From positions 1-14,863 of the forward strand of contig VJWM01000411.1 in NCBI GenBank assembly GCA_010909165.1: a DNA stretch of 14,863 nucleotides, given 5' to 3'. The notes beneath the pieces were generated by a model. That model was not told the origin of the DNA. It did not search any database and saw only the letters and a list, made by a program, of their open reading frames with translations. How positions within the stretch are numbered: the first letter of the stretch is position 1; the number at the start of each line of letters is the position of its first letter. The position numbers and the translations under genes are program-made. Below are positions 10,441-14,863 of the stretch, one piece after another. This stretch comes from Anthoceros angustus (lineage: Eukaryota; Plantae; Anthocerotophyta).

Positions 10441-10950
10441 TGTCAACCTACCTGGCCCACCTGCGGTAGGTGAACCGCCACCGTGAAGCAACCTACGATG
10501 GTGACAAGCGGGATCTTGACCAAGGCCCAAGTACAACGGGTCGTGAGGAAGTTGGGATCGGGGCCAGGCTCGGAGTACGAGGACGGGTGGGGCGTGGGAC
10601 CGCCAGTGGGAGGCACGTCGGGCAAAGCGACTCAATTAATGGCGAGAACATTTATATAGGATCGGGAAACCAAGCAGCGTCGTGGACCGCGGCGATTCGT
10701 GGATCAAGGACAAGTGTCGGCCAAATTGGGATGACAAAGGCCGGCGTCAGGAAGAGCGTCGATAATATTTTCCGACACCAACGGCCAAGGACAAACGGAC
10801 TATATATGTTGAATCACCAAGCAAGATTTGACACCCGCGTTCCGGCCAAGGCAGGACTTAGTGTTTTGGGTAGAAGTAATTCTTTTAGGAAGTAATCAGA
10901 GATCTAGGATAAAACTAGCCTGCGCATCCGAGTGGCGGAATCTCCTTACA
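10441..10950 (-). mobile_element. LTR B (510 bp), probable 3' LTR of a minus-strand element extending rightwards
   Basis: Termini on plus are TGTCAA...TTACA (TG...CA). CCTATATAAA lies on minus at 10651-10660 and a PPT is adjacent at 10955-10967. taatattttccgaca (~10763-10777) resembles tattatttccgaca in LTR C at a similar distance from the right end. Confidence 0.75.
10651..10660 (-). promoter_or_regulatory. Putative LTR TATA box (CCTATATAAA)
   Basis: Plus-strand tttatatagg inside LTR B. Confidence 0.55.
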
Positions 10951-10954
10951 TATA

Positions 10955-10967
10955 CTCTCTCTCCCCT
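10955..10967 (-). other. Polypurine tract AGGGGAGAGAGAG, 4 nt upstream of LTR B start TGTAAGG
   Basis: Plus-strand ctctctctcccct directly after ...ccttaca-tata; canonical PPT-to-3' LTR geometry. Confidence 0.7.
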
Positions 10968-12228
10968 ATGATCGGCGCATGCGAGTATTACGCTCCAAGG
11001 CCAAGTGGCGCGAGTGAAGGAGCAGAAACAACGCCGTCATAAGCTTAGCGGTCTTGTGTCAGTATGAGATAGCGGCAGCGGGCGGAAGTTGGGAGCGCAA
11101 CCAAGCGAGCAGATGTCAAAGCGAGGCAGGACCTCCGGCGGGAAGAAGAGCGGCAAAGAAAGAAAGAAGAAGGCAGCAGCTTGGAGGAACCACCTGCCAG
11201 ATGGAGCGCCGGTCAGCCAAGAGCGGAGAAGAAAAACCAAGCGCGGGCGTGCGACGTCCACAACGCTTGTTTTCCATCCTAACGACAACGGTTTCCGGTA
11301 TACGGGTTCGAGGACCGAGCGATGCGAGGGTTGACCTCGGCGGAGGTGCGAGAGAGGCAAAGGCCAGTGAAGGGCCATCTCAAAGGCCGCGGCTTGGCTA
11401 TGATTCACTGTTGGCAACTCAACCCCGAGACTTGGTGGATTTCGAGGCCATGGGCGAGAGCGAACATCCAATTAGGATGGGTGTATGCCGCATGGGCCTA
11501 CACAAATTTGGAGTGATTGAGAGTGTTACATCAACCTCCATCAATCGAGGCTCTTCTTGCCACGGAAGAAATGCTAGGGCCGATCCTCTGTTGGGACAGT
11601 CAAGCATTCGCCAAGTTTATGGGAGGTCGGATGAGGAGAACTCGGGCGTAGCCCTTATTGAGCGGACTAATGGGGAAAAAGGGCCTCATGGATATCCCGA
11701 GTATTAGACCTCATGGAAGGTGGAATGAAGGCCAAGACGAAGAATGGCTGGAAAAGCGGAGTATCAAAGAGCTCAAGTGGAGGCTCTTTGCCAAGATTGT
11801 CTTGGGATTGGTGAACTATCAACGCCCGTCCTATTTCGGCACCAATTTCCTTCATTCCTATGGAAGATTGTGGGAGGAGCAAAACCGGATTGGGAACTAT
11901 TATGTATGAGGCTTACATTCATCATGGGAGGCTCCTTGCCTAACGTGATGAAGGAAGTGCAAGGCCTTGTTACCTTAGCACTTACCTTGTGCATTTATGG
12001 GAGAGAGGGGTGGCGAGCAAGGAGCTAGAAGACTCTTGGCATCCTTTGAAATTATCCATCTCCAACCAAGCCTAGAGGCCGTGCGTTTGCTTTGAGGAGG
12101 ACCATGGGAGGACCAGCATCCTCCAGTGCAAGACCAAGGCGAAAAGAAGTGACAGTAGTGCGAAGAAGACATTGCCTTCGCAACGAGATTCAGCCGATGA
12201 AGGCCAAATGGTGGTGTATTTGGATGCA

Positions 12229-12373
12229 CCTACCGTGGTGAGGTGAGCACCTACCAGTAGGACCATTACCAAGGGTGTGGGGTGCGCCCACCATTTCCTT
12301 TGTGCCGGGAGGCACCCATGCTACCTACTACGGTGGGTAGGCAACCCTACGGGGTGGACAACCCGGAGGTAGG
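12229..12373. repeat. Cluster of quasi-palindromic CCTACC/GGTAGG motifs (copy B)
   Basis: CCTACC at 12229 and 12250, ctacctactacggtgggtagg at 12321-12341, GGTAGG at 12368; homologous to 8872-8942. Confidence 0.7.
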
Positions 12374-13930
12374 TAGAATCACCTCGGTGGGCGAGGCCGT
12401 GGAGCGCCTCCGCTACGCCGGTAAAAGGCAACCCGGGAGGTAGGCCACCTCCGGCCGGAAGAGAAGGAGCTTGGTGAGCCGCCGAAAGCGGCGCCGTAGG
12501 TAGGAGGCGAGGGGCATCGCCAGGACCTACCGGAGCACATCGGAGGGCTGAACCGCCAGCGTCGAGGGCCGGAAACCCTCGGCCAGTTGGAGAGGTCGGA
12601 ATTGGGACCTCTCAAGAAATGATAATATCTGCGGTCCTTAGCGGGTGGATGTAAGAAGGCCGGTGGCCAACTCCTCCTAGATCGAGGAAATGCGGGCTGC
12701 TAGAGCCGAAACAAAAAGGCAAGCGGATAGGCGATGGCGGCTTGAAGCCATGAGTCCGTGAGAAGGCGGCAAAGTTGGTTCAAGAGGCTGGAAGAGCGCT
12801 ACAAGGAGCTTAGAAGTAGCACAAGCGAGGGCCATGGAAGGAAGTTGTCCCTAACGGAGGAAAGGGCCCAGGCCACCGTGTAACACTTGGAAGGAGAGAG
12901 AGCCACTATGCTTGGAGGCGAAGGTAAAATCTGACTCTAAAGGAAGAAGGCAATCCAGGTGGGCAAGAACAAGTCTTAGCCACCCAAGCCGTCAAGATTA
13001 GGGACTTGGAGGAAGAATTGCAGTCGGATGAGCTTGGAGGTAGCCAGTTAATTAAGACCTCCCGTCTGAGGAGAAGAATGCATGGCAAGAGGAGCGGGGC
13101 GATCGGCCCAGAATTGGTGATCTGGAGCAACGGAGGGCTCAAGAGGAGCATCACGAAGGTGGTGCATCTTGGTGGTAAGAAAAAGGCGGTTCGGGCATTA
13201 TGCCTTCAAACTAAATTAACCACGAGTTGACAAGGGCCAAGGAAGAGAATGTCGTCCTTAGTGAGAGTAGGAGGCGACCATGGCAAGGGGCGCCTACAAG
13301 GGAGGCCGAAGACGGGAGAATGGCCAGCACGGATGATCCGGAGATGCAATATCAAGGTCTGAGCACATCTCCATTCTAAAAACCAACAATGAGATACTCG
13401 TTTGGCGAAAGGAGATGCTTGGGCCTCATGATGATGGCGGGAGGCTTTGTCACGGCTGCCGGGAACCTCGGACTTGATGGTGACAAGTGAAATGGACTCG
13501 ATCGGAGAAAGGAGATGAAAACCTAGCCCGGCGAAGGAGGCGCCGAGGCAAGGTAGAGAACAACCTGCGCTTGCGGTGTCAACCTCATGTGAGACATGGA
13601 CCTCGAGTAGGTCCGGCACCGGTCCAAGAGACCCGGTTAGGGAAAAAGGAAAGGGGAGTAAGTCTGTGCCCCCTACATGGCGCCCAGCGGAGGCCGGCGC
13701 CGCGGAGGCGTCAAGGCGGATCATTGGCCGTCCTAGCGGAGGCGGAGTGAAGGAATCCCTTGCGAGGAGGGATGATCGAGCCGAGAGGTCGGACTCTAAG
13801 AGGTCGGGAGGTGAAAGGTGTCGAAGGAAAGACAATCTTGAAGATGCTCATGGTAGGTATGGACAAATCGCCAAAATGGGCGGAGAAGATTGTAACCCAA
13901 GAAGACCTTTTTCTCGGTGCGGGTAAGGTG

Positions 13931-13984
13931 ACCACCTACCACGGTGGGTGGTCAACCTCATGAGTCGGGAACCTACCAGTAGGT
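13931..13984. repeat. Second CCTACC palindrome cluster in copy B
   Basis: ccacctaccacggtgggtgg (13932-13951) and acctaccagtaggt (13971-13984) are near-perfect self-complementary sequences. Confidence 0.65.
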
Positions 13985-14141
13985 CAAGGCGAGGACTCAA
14001 GAGCCTGTCATGGTGAAGAAGGGGCAAGGAGTGCCTTTACGAAGGAGGAAGAGGGGTTGATCTTGCGAGATGGAGCAAGGGCTCATTTGCTCCGATGAAA
14101 GGAAGGAGAACTGAGGATCCGGCTAAAGAGCCAGGCTATTT

Positions 14142-14863
14142 TATTGTTGGCCTTCAAGATCTGTGGAGGTGAGCCCCAAGTTGATATTGCATTTGGAGAT
14201 CATCAATCTCAGTGGGCCACTCTCCATCTTCACCTACCTTGTAGGCATCTCTTGATGGTTAATTCCCCACCTTCACATGGAGGTTACATTCTCCTCCTTA
14301 CTCCTTAATTTGGTTGGCCAATTTTGCACGAAGGGCATAATCGTAAAATCGCTTCCTCACTACCCGCATACATGCACCACCTTCTTGTGGGCTCCTCCTC
14401 TGGACCTCCTTTGTTCCTGCGCTAATTGCAAGCCCCTCCTCCGCTTGCCAAGCATTCTTTTCGCGCTCCACTCCACTTCTGGTCTTGTGCTTCTCGCTCC
14501 AGCGCTTCTCTTCCAAATTATGGGTCCTTCTCAACTCCTCTCCATGTCCGGATTTTGATGGCTTGAGTAGCCATCACACCGCTCATGTCGGTCCTTTGGA
14601 CGCGCTTCTCCTTTCCTAGTGCCTCGGCCTTCTTTTCCTTTCTTGCTCAATTGGGCAAAATGCTCTTAGCCTTTTGCCTCCAAGAATCCTTTTGGGTTGT
14701 TGCCCGAATGGCTCTTTCTTGACTTGTGACAACTTCCCTCAGGCTTCTCATGGCTTGTTCTCTGATCTGGAGCTTCTCCTGACCGCTGCTCCGGATCGGC
14801 TTCCAGCGGCGCGACCTCCAGGATGGCCGCCATTCAGGTCGAGGCTGTGGCTGAGTGCGGTGG
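14142..14863 (-). pseudogene. Accessory ORF family, partial copy D (coiled-coil-like segment), direct repeat of A ~7883-8520
   Basis: 14183-14210 is identical (28/28) to 7925-7952, and co-linear similarity runs to ~14783. ORF 14298..14534(-) REKNAWQA...YALRAKLANQIKE matches copy A EKNAWQA and YALRELANQMKE. Confidence 0.85.

Larger units (their letters stand above)
10988..14133 (+). pseudogene. Accessory ORF family, copy B (conserved domain ~11400-12010), antisense to LTR B and its PPT
   Basis: Frames give NIQLGWVYAAWAYTNLE, LLATEEML and SIKELKWRLFAKIVLGLVNYQRPSYFGTNF, and with single-base frameshifts DW(G)TIMYEAYIHH and LA(P)YLVHLWE. Co-linear inverted homology with 7037-10265 starts at ttacgctcca (10988). 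Confidence 0.8.

Noticed and set aside
12229-12373. CRISPR-like reading of the palindromic motif clusters
   Set aside because: No constant repeat or spacer lengths, no cas genes, and a eukaryotic TE context.

Overview
Eukaryotic, most likely plant, repeat-dense DNA with no intact host gene, RNA gene or CRISPR array that I can support. A ~1.1 kb strand-asymmetric degenerate (CCTATA/CTTATA/TCTATA)n microsatellite (1-1108) abuts a cluster of decayed LTR-retrotransposon pieces. The cluster has: a gag pseudogene fragment (minus strand) behind an LTR plus leader ending at 2339; a related LTR plus leader ending at 7024; a ~510 bp LTR (10441-10950) with an adjacent polypurine tract; and four diverged, frameshifted copies of one accessory ORF family (E ~2340-5870 minus, A ~7025-10265 minus, B ~10988-14133 plus, partial D 14142-end minus). 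Three copies retain a reconstructable domain (consensus roughly KNGW..SIKELKWRLFAKIVLG...SYFGTNF..FYGR..G.QADWGTIMYEAYIH...LAPYLVHLWE..G), followed by low-complexity and predicted coiled-coil sequence. From memory this resembles uncharacterised retrotransposon-associated proteins of bryophytes, lycophytes and ferns, but that is unverified. A and B form a ~3.2 kb diverged inverted repeat. No RT, RNase H or integrase coding sequence was recognised. The best candidate for an undescribed system is this accessory ORF plus the quasi-palindromic CCTACC/GGTAGG motif clusters in its elements; this is a hypothesis only. All alignments were done by eye.
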